The notes under the pieces: model-generated | What the model was told of the DNA's origin: nothing | Seen by the model: only the letters and a program-made list of their open reading frames with translations | The model's database searches: none | Shown: positions 27,829 to 37,866 of the stretch, in pieces | How the letters are laid out: each line of letters begins with the position of its first letter | Numbering within the stretch: position 1 is the first letter of the stretch | Program-made: the position numbers and the translations under genes | Source of the DNA: Chitinophagales bacterium | Lineage (GTDB): Bacteria > Bacteroidota > Bacteroidia > Chitinophagales > UBA10324 | DNA length: 64,000 nt | Assembly (NCBI GenBank): GCA_038326325.1 | Contig: JBBQJW010000004.1 | Span: forward strand, 57,417-121,416 | Direction of reading: 5' to 3'

Positions 27829-28985
27829 CGGTTTTTCTTTTTATCTGCGCGTTCTTCACTTGTGTTTACCTTGTATTGATGCTTTTGTATTTCAGCGGCT
27901 GGCTGATGACGAGGGATTTTTCTTTCCCCTCAGGACTCCTTCTGAGCAAACCATTTCAACCAAAAACAAAAGTCGCGGTTGTTGTAGCGGCGAGAAACGA
28001 AGAAGGAAATATTTCTGATTGTATCAATGATATTCTGAAACAGAATTATCCGAAAGAGTTATTTGAAATTATTGTTGTCGATGATTTTTCTTCAGATAAA
28101 ACTTATGGAATTCTGAAAACTGTTACAGATTCCCGATTCAGAATATTACAGATGAAGGATTTTGTTTCCGATGAAAAAAATTCTTCAAAGAAAAAATCAA
28201 TTGAAACCGCAATTGCAAACACAACTGCGACACTGATTGTAACGACCGACGCTGATTGTAGAATGAATGAAAACTGGTTGATGAGTTTGGTTGCGGAACA
28301 CGAATTGAATCAGAAACAATTTATCCTCGGGCCAGTAGCTTACCACAATGAGAAAAACATTTTCGAACGAATGCAGTCGCTCGATTTTTTTGGTTTCACC
28401 GGAATCGCCTGCGGAAGTTTAGCATGGAAAACGCCGGTGCTGTGTAACGGCGCGAACCTCGCTTACACGCGCGAACTGTTTTACCAGCTCGGTGGATTTA
28501 CCGACAACGAAAAAATTCCTTCCGGCGACGATATGTTTTTAATGCTGAAGGCGTTTAAAAAAAATCCAAACGATGTTTCCTATTTAAAATCGAATGACGC
28601 ATTGGTTCGAACTTATGCTTCTGTAACAGTCAAAGAGTTTTTACAGCAACGGATTCGTTGGGGCTCGAAGTCGAAACATTATTCCGGTTTTCGAATCACC
28701 GCTTCGCTCGCGGCGATTTTTCTTTTTTATTGCTGCATGATTTCAACTTTCGTTTTTTCATTATTCACCATTCACCATTCACTATTCACTGTATTTCTAT
28801 TTATGTTTTTAAGTAAGAGTTTAGTTGACGCCGCGTTTCTTTTCAGTGTGTCCAACTTTTTCAGAATGGAAAAACTGATGATGATATTTTTACCCGCGCA
28901 GCTTTTTCACATCGCGTATGTTTTGGTGGCGGGAGCGCTGAGTCAGATAAAATCGTACAGTTGGAAATCAAGAACAAGTAAATAA
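27825..28985 (+). CDS. Family 2 glycosyltransferase with C-terminal membrane domain
   Basis: VVVAARNEE, TTDADC (DxD) and QQRIRWG (QxxRW) motifs, plus N- and C-terminal TM helices. Confidence 0.8.
   Translation: MTVFLFICAFFTCVYLVLMLLYFSGWLMTRDFSFPSGLLLSKPFQPKTKVAVVVAARNEEGNISDCINDILKQNYPKELFEIIVVDDFSSDKTYGILKTVTDSRFRILQMKDFVSDEKNSSKKKSIETAIANTTATLIVTTDADCRMNENWLMSLVAEHELNQKQFILGPVAYHNEKNIFERMQSLDFFGFTGIACGSLAWKTPVLCNGANLAYTRELFYQLGGFTDNEKIPSGDDMFLMLKAFKKNPNDVSYLKSNDALVRTYASVTVKEFLQQRIRWGSKSKHYSGFRITASLAAIFLFYCCMISTFVFSLFTIHHSLFTVFLFMFLSKSLVDAAFLFSVSNFFRMEKLMMIFLPAQLFHIAYVLVAGALSQIKSYSWKSRTSK
28763..28790. repeat. ATTCACY heptamer x4 inside the GT2 coding sequence
   Basis: ATTCACC|ATTCACC|ATTCACT|ATTCACT, which encodes FTIHHSLFT within a predicted TM segment. 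Confidence 0.6.
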
Positions 28986-28990
28986 TCGCG

Positions 28991-29248
28991 ATGAACGAAC
29001 TCGAGTTTCAGATAATGGATGAAGTATATTTTCTCTGCTCTTTTCAGCAACTGCTTCAGGTTTTAGGATGTGATGAAGAGAAACTGAATGATTCGCTGAT
29101 TGAATTGCTGAGGAAGGAATTTATTCAGCAATTGGTTTTTGATGAAGAAGAAAAAGATTATATAAAATTAGAATCACCTGATTTCGCTCGCATGAAAAAC
29201 GCGAGTTATGTCGCCACAAAAAAAGGATTGCTCGAACACAACAGTTAG
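28991..29248 (+). CDS. Hypothetical acidic protein (85 aa)
   Basis: ATG ORF 6 nt after the GT2 stop. No recognised domain. Confidence 0.4.
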   Translation: MNELEFQIMDEVYFLCSFQQLLQVLGCDEEKLNDSLIELLRKEFIQQLVFDEEEKDYIKLESPDFARMKNASYVATKKGLLEHNS

Positions 29249-29281
29249 CCTCACCCCAACCCCTCTCTAAAGGAGAGGGGC
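29249..29281. repeat. GC-rich REP-like hairpin element
   Basis: CCTCACCCCAA-CCCCTCTC-taaag-GAGAGGGG-C with a perfect 8-bp stem (29260-29280) and no T-run. On the reverse strand it encodes the spurious peptide SPSPLERGWGEA, which I recognise as typical of dispersed GC-rich repeats. Confidence 0.5.
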
Positions 29282-29301
29282 AATACAGACGATAAAATTT
29301 A

Positions 29302-30573
29302 ATGAAGAATAACCCTGACCAGAAAAATGTTCGCGATAGTTCCCTTCCCCCTGAGGTAAGGGTTAAGGGTGGGGCGGAAACTCCCGCCGCTCTCGCCTGG
29401 CGAAGATTAAAAAAAAGCAAACCGGCGATGATTGGTTTGTGCGTGATTGGCGCGGCAATTTTTATTTCGGTGTTCGCTCATAGTTTTTCGGTTGACGATT
29501 CGCCGAACGCGAACGAAATGATTCCCGAACTCGCGTTGCAACCACCTGGATTTTCAATGGAATTTTTGAAAGTGAAAAAAGACAGGGAAGAAAACCCGTC
29601 TTCATTCATCAACAATTTTTTTTCAGGGGAAGAAAATTCTTATCGAATGATTCCGGTACTGGAACATAAAGTGGAAGGGAAATATTTAATCGTAAAATCT
29701 TTTCAGGGCGACGGACTTGATCCCGAGCAAATGACTTTCAACATGGCGGACGCGGCTTTTTCAAATTCGTTGAATGATACGAGTGTAACAGTTGAAAACG
29801 GCGAAGTCGTTTATAAAAACTTCAATAATCAGCGACGGAAAATCCAGCTTGCCGAATTGCGGCGACAAGTTGAAAAAGAAAATTTCATCCGCAGAACTTA
29901 CTGGCTCGGCACCGATACTTATGGTCGTGATATTCTCAGTCGCCTGTTAATCGGAACAAGAGTGTCACTGAGTGTCGGAGGCATAGCTGTTTTTATTTCT
30001 TTGTTGATAGGAGTGATGCTCGGTTCTCTGGCCGGTTATTTCAGAGGTGTAACAGATTCAATCATCTCGTGGCTCATCAATGTGATTTGGGCGATACCCA
30101 CTTTGCTTTTGGTTTTCGCGATTACCATCGCGTTAGGAAAAGGTTTCTGGCAAATATTTTTCGCGGTCGGTTTAACCATGTGGGTGGGAACCGCGCGCGT
30201 GATTCGCGGACAGGTGATGAGCTTGCGCGAACTCGATTACATAGAAGCGGCGCGGAGCATGGGTTACAGTCATATAAGAATTATTATTCGCCACATCATT
30301 CCGAATGTAATTGGTCCCGTGATGGTGATGGCGGCCTCGAATTTCGCGACAGCGATTCTGGTTGAAGCGGGTTTAAGTTTTCTCGGCATCGGAGTGCAGG
30401 CGCCAACTCCAAGTTGGGGAAGCATGATTCGCGATAATTATGGTTTCATCGTTTCAGGAAATCCGTGGATGGCGATTATTCCCGGAGTGGCGATTATGAT
30501 TTTAGTACTCGCCTTCAATTTGCTCGGCAATGGTTTGCGCGACGCGTTGGATGTGAGAACGCAGATGAAATGA
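29302..30573 (+). CDS. ABC transporter permease (DppC/OppC-like) with an enlarged extracytoplasmic loop
   Basis: N-terminal W-R-R-L-K-K-S-K-P-A-M-I-G-L pattern, a C-terminal BPD_transp_1 region including the EAA-like EAARSMGYSHIRII, and 423 aa against the usual length of about 300. Confidence 0.8.
   Translation: MKNNPDQKNVRDSSLPPEVRVKGGAETPAALAWRRLKKSKPAMIGLCVIGAAIFISVFAHSFSVDDSPNANEMIPELALQPPGFSMEFLKVKKDREENPSSFINNFFSGEENSYRMIPVLEHKVEGKYLIVKSFQGDGLDPEQMTFNMADAAFSNSLNDTSVTVENGEVVYKNFNNQRRKIQLAELRRQVEKENFIRRTYWLGTDTYGRDILSRLLIGTRVSLSVGGIAVFISLLIGVMLGSLAGYFRGVTDSIISWLINVIWAIPTLLLVFAITIALGKGFWQIFFAVGLTMWVGTARVIRGQVMSLRELDYIEAARSMGYSHIRIIIRHIIPNVIGPVMVMAASNFATAILVEAGLSFLGIGVQAPTPSWGSMIRDNYGFIVSGNPWMAIIPGVAIMILVLAFNLLGNGLRDALDVRTQMK
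29342..29375. repeat. Second GC-rich element related (inverted) to 29249-29281
   Basis: CCCTTCCCCCTGAGGTAAGGGTTAAGGGTGGGGC. Its reverse complement (CCCCACCCTTAACCC...) resembles CTCACCCCAACCCC of the first element. It lies inside the annotated 5' end of the ABC permease ORF. Confidence 0.4.
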
Positions 30574-30589
30574 GATTGCATTGATATTC

Positions 30590-32035
30590 TCAATGCTGCA
30601 CTACAACTTTTTTATTCACTGAATTATTTTTTGTGTGCACTTGCAGGAAATAAATTCCAGAAGGAATATCTGAAACATAAATTGTTGATTTTGCTTTGGT
30701 GTTACACTTTACTATTTCACCAAAAATATTGGTAAGAGTGTATTCAAAATTTTCATTACTGTTTGAACGGATAAAAATTTTTTCGTTTGCAGGGTTGGGA
30801 TAAATATTTATTGTTGATGATTCACTCAAAATATTTGTTATTCCTAAGTTTATATCATTTAAGTATCTGTTTACAAAAAAATTATAATCTTCATAAGAAC
30901 CCGCTGCTATTATTTTACCATCAGGCTGTAATGCAAGAGAAGTTACGGCTGCACCACAATTTTGACAAACCCCAGGGTAAGTAAACACCTTTCCTCCTAA
31001 TCCGAAGGAGCCATCAAGTGTACCATTTGAATTATATCTCGCCAACACCACATAATTATCTATACCCGTCTGCCCACCAACAATAATTTTTCCATCTGTC
31101 TGAATAACTAATGATAATCCTCCGGATGCATTATTAAAAGAAATTGTCATATCAGTAATTACTTTTCCTTGTCCTCCAAAAGTATTGTCCATTGTTCCAT
31201 TTGAATTTAGTCTTGCTAAACCAAATCCAGTAAACATGCCATTGTCAGCATTTCCGCAAACAACAATTTTGTCATCTGTCTGACAAGCAAGAGAATAGGA
31301 ATCGCAGTTAATAAAATCAACTGAATCTATTCCATTTATTCCAAAAGTGCTATCAATTAACCCGACTGAAGAATACCTTACAAGCTTAAAGTTATCGGAA
31401 GTATAAACTATTTTACCAGTTGATTGAATTGCAATCGAAGCTGGTCCGGTACCTCCTTCAAGATAATCAATATTAAACCCACCATTTCCAAAATTTGTAT
31501 CCAAATCGCCACTTGAATCAACTCTTGCAATAGCGAAACGACGATCTGTAATTAAACTGTATTTACCACCCATTACTATTTTACCATCTTGTTGAATTGC
31601 TATTGAAGTACAATATTCGTTTGCTCCTATATCAATTATTGTCTTTCCATTTATGCCAAATGTGGAGTCAAGAGTCCCATTTATATTATAGCGTTCAATT
31701 CCAAAATCACTGCCGTATTTACCACCCATTACTATTTTCCCATCATTTTGTACTGCAATTGAATATCCAATAATCTCTGAATTTGCAATTCCACCCAATC
31801 CGAATGTATTGTCGGTTATTCCATAGCTATCAAATCGTTGCAAAAAGGATCCTGCTCCTACAACAATTTTCCCATCTGATTGAACTGCAACAGAAGCAAA
31901 ACTCGTATTGCCATTTGCAAAGCCAAGAACAATTCCATCAAAATCAAAAGTGCTATCAATTGTTCCTGCTTGTCCGAAAGATAATTCTTGATAAAAAAGA
32001 TTTAGAGTAATTAGAATTAAAAATATTTTTTTCAT
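30590..32035 (-). CDS. Delta-60 repeat protein with T9SS C-terminal sorting domain
   Basis: About 8 repeats of D.TFG.(N)G......IA(I/V)Q.DGKIV.GG, and a C-terminal NIYPNPANEKIFIRS...GIYFLQV tail. Confidence 0.75.
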   Translation of the reverse strand: MKKIFLILITLNLFYQELSFGQAGTIDSTFDFDGIVLGFANGNTSFASVAVQSDGKIVVGAGSFLQRFDSYGITDNTFGLGGIANSEIIGYSIAVQNDGKIVMGGKYGSDFGIERYNINGTLDSTFGINGKTIIDIGANEYCTSIAIQQDGKIVMGGKYSLITDRRFAIARVDSSGDLDTNFGNGGFNIDYLEGGTGPASIAIQSTGKIVYTSDNFKLVRYSSVGLIDSTFGINGIDSVDFINCDSYSLACQTDDKIVVCGNADNGMFTGFGLARLNSNGTMDNTFGGQGKVITDMTISFNNASGGLSLVIQTDGKIIVGGQTGIDNYVVLARYNSNGTLDGSFGLGGKVFTYPGVCQNCGAAVTSLALQPDGKIIAAGSYEDYNFFVNRYLNDINLGITNILSESSTINIYPNPANEKIFIRSNSNENFEYTLTNIFGEIVKCNTKAKSTIYVSDIPSGIYFLQVHTKNNSVNKKVVVQH

Positions 32036-32088
32036 TTTGAGTTGTAGAAATTAATTTGAAAATAAAGTATGAATTAAATAAACATTCT

Positions 32089-32283
32089 TTAAAGTAATTC
32101 TATTTCTTGCTGATGTTCTTTTAAAACCTCAATAGTATTCTCAATAATGTTATTACACTCTTCTTCGGTCACAATATTTTCGTTGCTGAGTTTATCAAAT
32201 AATTCAGTTAATAATTTCAATCGTTCCTCAATTGAGTTTCTATTATCTAAACACATCATGAGTCTGAAATATAAATTTCCCAT
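32089..32283 (-). CDS. Hypothetical small protein (64 aa)
   Basis: Only an ORF in an otherwise empty 380-bp gap, with helical-looking composition. No other support. Confidence 0.25.
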   Translation of the reverse strand: MGNLYFRLMMCLDNRNSIEERLKLLTELFDKLSNENIVTEEECNNIIENTIEVLKEHQQEIELL

Positions 32284-32413
32284 TGTTAAATGTTTTCACA
32301 AAAATAATATTAAGCATTAAAAAAATTCCTCTAAAGTTTCGTTCAGCATTCAATATTCTTTTCAGTAAATAGAAGATTATCTGAGAAACCACTAAATCAT
32401 TTATTATTGCCTC

Positions 32414-35400
32414 ATGAATTTGCAGGCAGTACAAGATGCCTACAGTTTACATCCGAAGGTTCGGCTTATCGCTGAAAAACTAAAACCGCAAACGCAAACA
32501 ACATTGCACTTGCAGGGATTGGTGGGTTCATCTCATGCCTTTATCGCGGCGAGTGTTTTCAAACAACTGAATAAACCCGCCATTTTCATCTTCAACGACA
32601 AAGAAGAAGCGGCATACTTTCAAAACGATTTACAGAACCTGGTTGGAAAAAAGGAAATTTTATTTTTTCCTGATTCATTTAAAAAACCGGCGCGACTGCA
32701 GGAATTGAATTCGCACAACATTCAATTGCGCACCGAAGTTTTAAATCGCGTGGTGAACAGTCCCACAAAAAATGAGATCATCGTCACCTATCCCGAAGCG
32801 CTGTTCGAAAAAGTGGTGAACACTTCCACGCTGAAAAAAAATACTTTACTCATTCGCATCAATGAGAAACTGGATATTGATTTCATCACGGAAGTATTAG
32901 TGAATTATGGTTTCGAGCTGGTGGACTTTGTTTACGAGCCTGGGCAGTTCAGTATTCGCGGCGGAATAGTGGATGTGTTTTCGTTCGGCAATGATTTGCC
33001 ATATCGTTTTGAATTATTCGGAAAAGATGTGGAGAGCATTCGATTGTTCGATCCTGTAACACAATTGTCGCAGCGAAAAATTTCGCAGGTCACTATTGTG
33101 CCGAACATTCAAACACGATTCAGCGACGAAGAAAAAACTTCGCTCTTCGATTTCATTTCAACTGATACAGTCGTGTGGGCGAAAGATGTTCGATTCGTTT
33201 CCGACAAACTGAAAGAGTGCTGGGAGTTCGCGATTGATTTACTGGAACAATTACAAAAGTTAGGATTGAATAAAGATGAAGAAAACACTTACCTGAAAAA
33301 TCCACCCGGGCAAAGCTTCGAAAACCCGGAAGCGTTTCTTTCCGACTTAAAAAAATTCTCCATCGTTGAATTCGGCAAGCAGTTTTATTTCAGAACAGAT
33401 GATACTGTTACATTCAATTTTGCTCCGCAACCTTCCTTCAATAAAAATTTCAATCTCCTTATTTCAACCTGGAAAAAGGAACAGGAGGAAAAATATCAGT
33501 TGCTGCTTTTCTCTGATAATCAAAAACAGGTGGAGCGCTTCGAGCACATCTTTCACGATTTGAAAGCTGATATTCCTTTCATCCCCATTTATATTTCCAT
33601 TCACGAAGGATTCATTGACCGCGAACTGAAACTCGCCTGTTACACCGACCACCAGGTGTTCGAGCGCTACCATCGTTACCAACTCAAGCAGGGATTCAGC
33701 AACAGCAAAGCCATCTCGCTCAAGTTGCTTCGCGAATTAAAGCCGGGCGATTTCGTCACGCACATCGACCACGGAGTCGGCACATATAGCGGTCTTGAAA
33801 AAATTGATGTCAATGGTCAGGTGCAGGAAGCCGTGCGAATTATTTATCGTGACAACGATATTCTATATGTCGGAATTAATTCGCTGCACAAGATTTCGAA
33901 GTTCGTGGGCAAGGAAGGAACTCCGCCGCGCGTAAACAAACTCGGCAGCGACGCGTGGGAAGCGCTGAAGCGAAAAACAAAAACGAAGGTCAAAGACATC
34001 GCGAAAGATTTAATCAAACTTTACGCGAAGCGAAAGGCGAGCAACGGTCATGCGTTCGCCGATGATAATTACATGCAGAATGAACTCGAAGCGAGTTTCA
34101 TTTATGAAGACACGCCCGACCAGATGAAAGCGGTGGCCGATGTAAAGCGCGACATGCAAAATAAAAATCCGATGGACCGCCTCGTGTGCGGCGATGTCGG
34201 TTTCGGAAAAACGGAAGTCGCCATTCGCGCCGCGTTCAAAGCGGTGATTGACGGCAAGCAGGTAGGAGTGCTCGTGCCTACAACCATTCTCGCGTTTCAG
34301 CATTACAAAACTTTCAGCGAGCGGCTGAAAGAATTCCCTGTAACAGTCGATTACATCAATCGTTTTCGTTCTTCCAAAGAACAAAAAGAAACTTTGCAAA
34401 AACTCGCCGAAGGCAAAGTGGATATACTCATCGGCACGCACGCCATCACGGGTAAGAATGTAAAATTCAAAGACCTCGGTCTGCTCATCATTGACGAAGA
34501 ACAAAAGTTCGGTGTAACAACCAAGGAGAAACTGCGCGAGTTCAAAGCGAATGTCGATACGCTCACGCTCACCGCCACTCCAATTCCGCGCACCATGCAG
34601 TTCTCGCTCATGGGCGCGCGCGACCTCAGCATCATCAACACGCCGCCGCCGAATCGGCAGCCAATAGAAACCGAACTCATTCCGTTCGACCCAGAGCGAC
34701 TGAAAGAAATTATTGAATACGAAGTGTATCGAGGCGGTCAGGTTTTTTTCGTGCACAACCGCGTGAAGGATATTACCGAACTTACCAGCAAGCTGAAAGA
34801 AATTTGTCCGGATGTTGACATTGCAATGGCGCACGGACAAATGGAAGGTCATCAGTTGGAAGAAGTGATGCTCGGTTTTGTGGAGCGCCGCTACGATGTG
34901 CTCATGAGCACCAACATTATTGAGTCGGGTTTGGATATTCCGAACGCGAACACCATCATCATTCACGATGCGCAGAATTTTGGACTGAGCGATTTACACC
35001 AGTTGCGCGGACGCGTTGGACGCAGTAATCGCAAAGCGTTTTGTTATTTAATCACTCCGCCACTCAGCACGCTCACGCAGGAAGCGCGCAAGCGACTCAC
35101 CACTATTGAAGAGTTCAGCGACCTCGGCAGCGGATTTAATGTCGCCATGCGCGACATGGATATTCGCGGCGCGGGCGATATTCTCGGTGGCGAGCAAAGC
35201 GGATTTATTTCGGAAATTGGTTACGATACTTATCATAAAATTCTGGATGAAGCCATTCGCGAACTCAAAGAAACTGATTTCAAAGATTTGTTCAAGGATG
35301 AATTCACCACTGAAAAAAACTTTGTGCGCGATTGCACCATCGACACCGATGTAGAGATGCACATACCTGATGAATATGTGAGCAGCAATGCGGAGCGATT

Positions 35401-35794
35401 GGTTTTATATCGCGAACTCGATGAGTTGGAAGACGAGGCGGCGATGGATAAATATCGCGAGCGGCTCACTGACCGCTTCGGTCCGATACCGTTACAGGTG
35501 GAAGAATTGTTTGACGGGCTGCGGTTGCGCAAACTCGCGAAGCAACTTGGCTTCGAAAAAATCGTGCAGCGCCGCGGTGTCATGAAATGTTTCTTCCTCG
35601 AAAATCAGGACTCCGCCTTTTACCAGACCGAAACATTCACCCGCATTATCGGATACATACAGCACCACCCGAATAAATGCTCGCTCAAGCAAACCGAAAA
35701 GAATTTAATACTCACTTTAAATTCCGTGCGCTCACTGCACGAAGCCATCGAACTGCTTAAGAGAATAACGGAGTTTGAAGTGGTGGTGAATTGA
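32414..35794 (+). CDS. mfd: Transcription-repair coupling factor
   Basis: 1126 aa. It has a UvrB-homology N-terminus, a CarD-like RID (GDFVTHIDHGVG), SF2 helicase motifs (GDVGFGKTEV, DEEQKFG, LTATPIPRT, QLRGRVGRS) and a TRCF C-terminal domain. Confidence 0.95.
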   Translation: MNLQAVQDAYSLHPKVRLIAEKLKPQTQTTLHLQGLVGSSHAFIAASVFKQLNKPAIFIFNDKEEAAYFQNDLQNLVGKKEILFFPDSFKKPARLQELNSHNIQLRTEVLNRVVNSPTKNEIIVTYPEALFEKVVNTSTLKKNTLLIRINEKLDIDFITEVLVNYGFELVDFVYEPGQFSIRGGIVDVFSFGNDLPYRFELFGKDVESIRLFDPVTQLSQRKISQVTIVPNIQTRFSDEEKTSLFDFISTDTVVWAKDVRFVSDKLKECWEFAIDLLEQLQKLGLNKDEENTYLKNPPGQSFENPEAFLSDLKKFSIVEFGKQFYFRTDDTVTFNFAPQPSFNKNFNLLISTWKKEQEEKYQLLLFSDNQKQVERFEHIFHDLKADIPFIPIYISIHEGFIDRELKLACYTDHQVFERYHRYQLKQGFSNSKAISLKLLRELKPGDFVTHIDHGVGTYSGLEKIDVNGQVQEAVRIIYRDNDILYVGINSLHKISKFVGKEGTPPRVNKLGSDAWEALKRKTKTKVKDIAKDLIKLYAKRKASNGHAFADDNYMQNELEASFIYEDTPDQMKAVADVKRDMQNKNPMDRLVCGDVGFGKTEVAIRAAFKAVIDGKQVGVLVPTTILAFQHYKTFSERLKEFPVTVDYINRFRSSKEQKETLQKLAEGKVDILIGTHAITGKNVKFKDLGLLIIDEEQKFGVTTKEKLREFKANVDTLTLTATPIPRTMQFSLMGARDLSIINTPPPNRQPIETELIPFDPERLKEIIEYEVYRGGQVFFVHNRVKDITELTSKLKEICPDVDIAMAHGQMEGHQLEEVMLGFVERRYDVLMSTNIIESGLDIPNANTIIIHDAQNFGLSDLHQLRGRVGRSNRKAFCYLITPPLSTLTQEARKRLTTIEEFSDLGSGFNVAMRDMDIRGAGDILGGEQSGFISEIGYDTYHKILDEAIRELKETDFKDLFKDEFTTEKNFVRDCTIDTDVEMHIPDEYVSSNAERLVLYRELDELEDEAAMDKYRERLTDRFGPIPLQVEELFDGLRLRKLAKQLGFEKIVQRRGVMKCFFLENQDSAFYQTETFTRIIGYIQHHPNKCSLKQTEKNLILTLNSVRSLHEAIELLKRITEFEVVVN

Positions 35795-35866
35795 AAATAA
35801 TTTTTTTGAGAAAGACCTTATGGGAACGGAATATATCCCTCTTCATTTTAATATTAATTTCCCCCT

Positions 35867-37738
35867 ATGAAAAAAATATTTTTAATCGCGTGTTGTTTCG
35901 TTTCCTTTTTCTGTAAAGCACAAACACCTTCTCAGGATTCGGTTTGGGTAGTTACACACTACAGTAAAATTGAAAAGCAAATCATCATGCGTGATGGGGT
36001 AAAATTATATACAACTATTTATCTGCCGAACGATGCAACAGAAAAACATCCGATACTGATAAGAAGAACTCCATATAGTTGTGCGCCCTATGGAGAAAAT
36101 AAATTTTATGATTACTGGAATCATCCTGAACGAATGATGTATTTAAAAGAGAATTACATTTTGGTTTCGCAGGATGTAAGAGGAAAATTTATGAGCGAAG
36201 GAACATTTGAAGATGTGAGACCATTTATTAAAGATAAAAAATTGAATACCGATGTTGATGAAGCAAGTGATGCTTATGATTGCATTGACTGGCTCATAAA
36301 AAATATTCCAAACAACAATGGCAATGTTGGAGTGTCTGGAATTTCTTATCCCGGCTTTTACGCGACTATGGCGGCATTGAGTAATCATCCTGCATTGAAA
36401 GCAGTGAGTCCGCAAGCGCCGGTTACTGATTGGTTTATTGGTGATGATGATCATCATAAAGGGGTTTCATTTATCATGGATAACTTTTTTTTTGACAGAG
36501 AATTCAGTGTTCCGCGTTACGCCCCGACGACAGAGTGGGCGAAAGTTCCTCCGATTAAAAGTGACGACAACTATAAATACTTTCTTGAACAAGGAACTTT
36601 TTCTGAAATCAAAAGCAAATATTTTGGAGACAGCATTCAGATGTGGAACGACCTTATAGCTCATCCAAATTATGATGATTGGTGGAAAGCGCGCGATGCA
36701 AGAAGAGCGTGTTATAATATAAAACCCGCCATACTTATTGTAGGTGGATTGTTTGATGCTGAAGACTGTTACGGTGCTTGGAATACCTACAAAGCCATAG
36801 AGAAACAATCGCCAGAAACTGATTGCCGCATAATTGAAGGTCCGTGGTTTCATGGCGGATGGGCGCGTTCATCGGGTGAGCAACTTGGCAATTGCTGGTT
36901 CGGTGAAAAAATTTCTGAATATTATTTGAAGAATTTTGAATTACCATTCTTCAATTATTATTTAAAGGGAAAAGGAAATTGGAATTCAATTTCCGAAGCC
37001 AACATTTTTATTTCCGGTGAAAATAAATGGCATCAGTTTACAGAGTGGCCACCGAAAAATATTTCAACTGAAAATTTATTTCTGCAATCAAACGGAAATC
37101 TTTCGTTCACGAAACCAACTACAACTAACAGTTTTGATTCTTATGTAAGCGACCCGATGAAACCCGTTCCTTATACTGAAGATGTTCATTTCGATCGAAC
37201 CAGGGAATACATGTGCGACGACCAGCGCTTCGCCGCCCGCCGGCCTGATGTGCTTGTTTATGAATCGGAAATTTTAATGGATAGTGTAACACTCGCCGGA
37301 CCCTTGATCGCTGATTTGTTCGTTTCACTTACGACAACTGACGCTGATTTCGTGGTGAAGCTGATTGATGTTTTTCCTGATGATTTTAAATATCCTGACT
37401 CAGTAAAAATTGATTATCCGATGGGCGGTTATCAGATGTTGGTGCGCGCGGAAATTATGCGTGGAAGTTTTCGTAACAGTTTTGAAAACCCGGAACCATT
37501 TACAGTTGGAAAAATTTCAGAAGTAAAATTTGAAATGCCGGATGTCGCCCACAGTTTTCAGAAAGGTCATCGTATAATGGTGCAGATACAAAGCACCTGG
37601 TTTCCCCTCGCCGACAGAAATCCTCAGCAGTTCATTGATTCATATCACTGCACTTCAAACGATTTAATAAAATCTACCATCAGTATTTATCACGACGCAC
37701 AACATCCATCAACTATTTTGTTGCCTGTGCTGAAATAA
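35867..37738 (+). CDS. CocE/NonD family hydrolase (S15 X-Pro dipeptidyl-peptidase-like)
   Basis: Signal peptide, GISYPGFY nucleophile motif, and a C-terminal PepX_C-like jelly-roll (RGSFRNSFENPEP...HRIMVQIQSTWFP). Confidence 0.85.
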   Translation: MKKIFLIACCFVSFFCKAQTPSQDSVWVVTHYSKIEKQIIMRDGVKLYTTIYLPNDATEKHPILIRRTPYSCAPYGENKFYDYWNHPERMMYLKENYILVSQDVRGKFMSEGTFEDVRPFIKDKKLNTDVDEASDAYDCIDWLIKNIPNNNGNVGVSGISYPGFYATMAALSNHPALKAVSPQAPVTDWFIGDDDHHKGVSFIMDNFFFDREFSVPRYAPTTEWAKVPPIKSDDNYKYFLEQGTFSEIKSKYFGDSIQMWNDLIAHPNYDDWWKARDARRACYNIKPAILIVGGLFDAEDCYGAWNTYKAIEKQSPETDCRIIEGPWFHGGWARSSGEQLGNCWFGEKISEYYLKNFELPFFNYYLKGKGNWNSISEANIFISGENKWHQFTEWPPKNISTENLFLQSNGNLSFTKPTTTNSFDSYVSDPMKPVPYTEDVHFDRTREYMCDDQRFAARRPDVLVYESEILMDSVTLAGPLIADLFVSLTTTDADFVVKLIDVFPDDFKYPDSVKIDYPMGGYQMLVRAEIMRGSFRNSFENPEPFTVGKISEVKFEMPDVAHSFQKGHRIMVQIQSTWFPLADRNPQQFIDSYHCTSNDLIKSTISIYHDAQHPSTILLPVLK

Positions 37739-37866
37739 AATAACTTCTCAGTCAACTCCCAATAAAATCTGTCGCTCCAATTGGTACGCAATAGGAGGTG
37801 CTTTATACTGTTACAGCAACCGATAAAACTGTTACTCAAAAAATAATTGTGCAGGATTAAGCACAA

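Noticed and set aside
29121-29420. 99-aa minus-strand ORF containing SPSPLERGWGEA
   Set aside because: It is generated by the GC-rich REP-like elements and overlaps two plus-strand genes. The peptide is the usual spurious translation of such repeats.
34010-34966. 318-aa ORF on the minus strand inside mfd
   Set aside because: It is antisense to a confidently identified, full-length mfd. Its composition (R/H/F/V-rich, no motifs) is typical of a shadow ORF in the complementary frame.
37847-37866. Hairpin TTGTGC-N8-GCACAA as a terminator between convergent genes
   Set aside because: It has only a 6-bp stem with an 8-nt loop and no adjacent T/A run, which is too weak to call.
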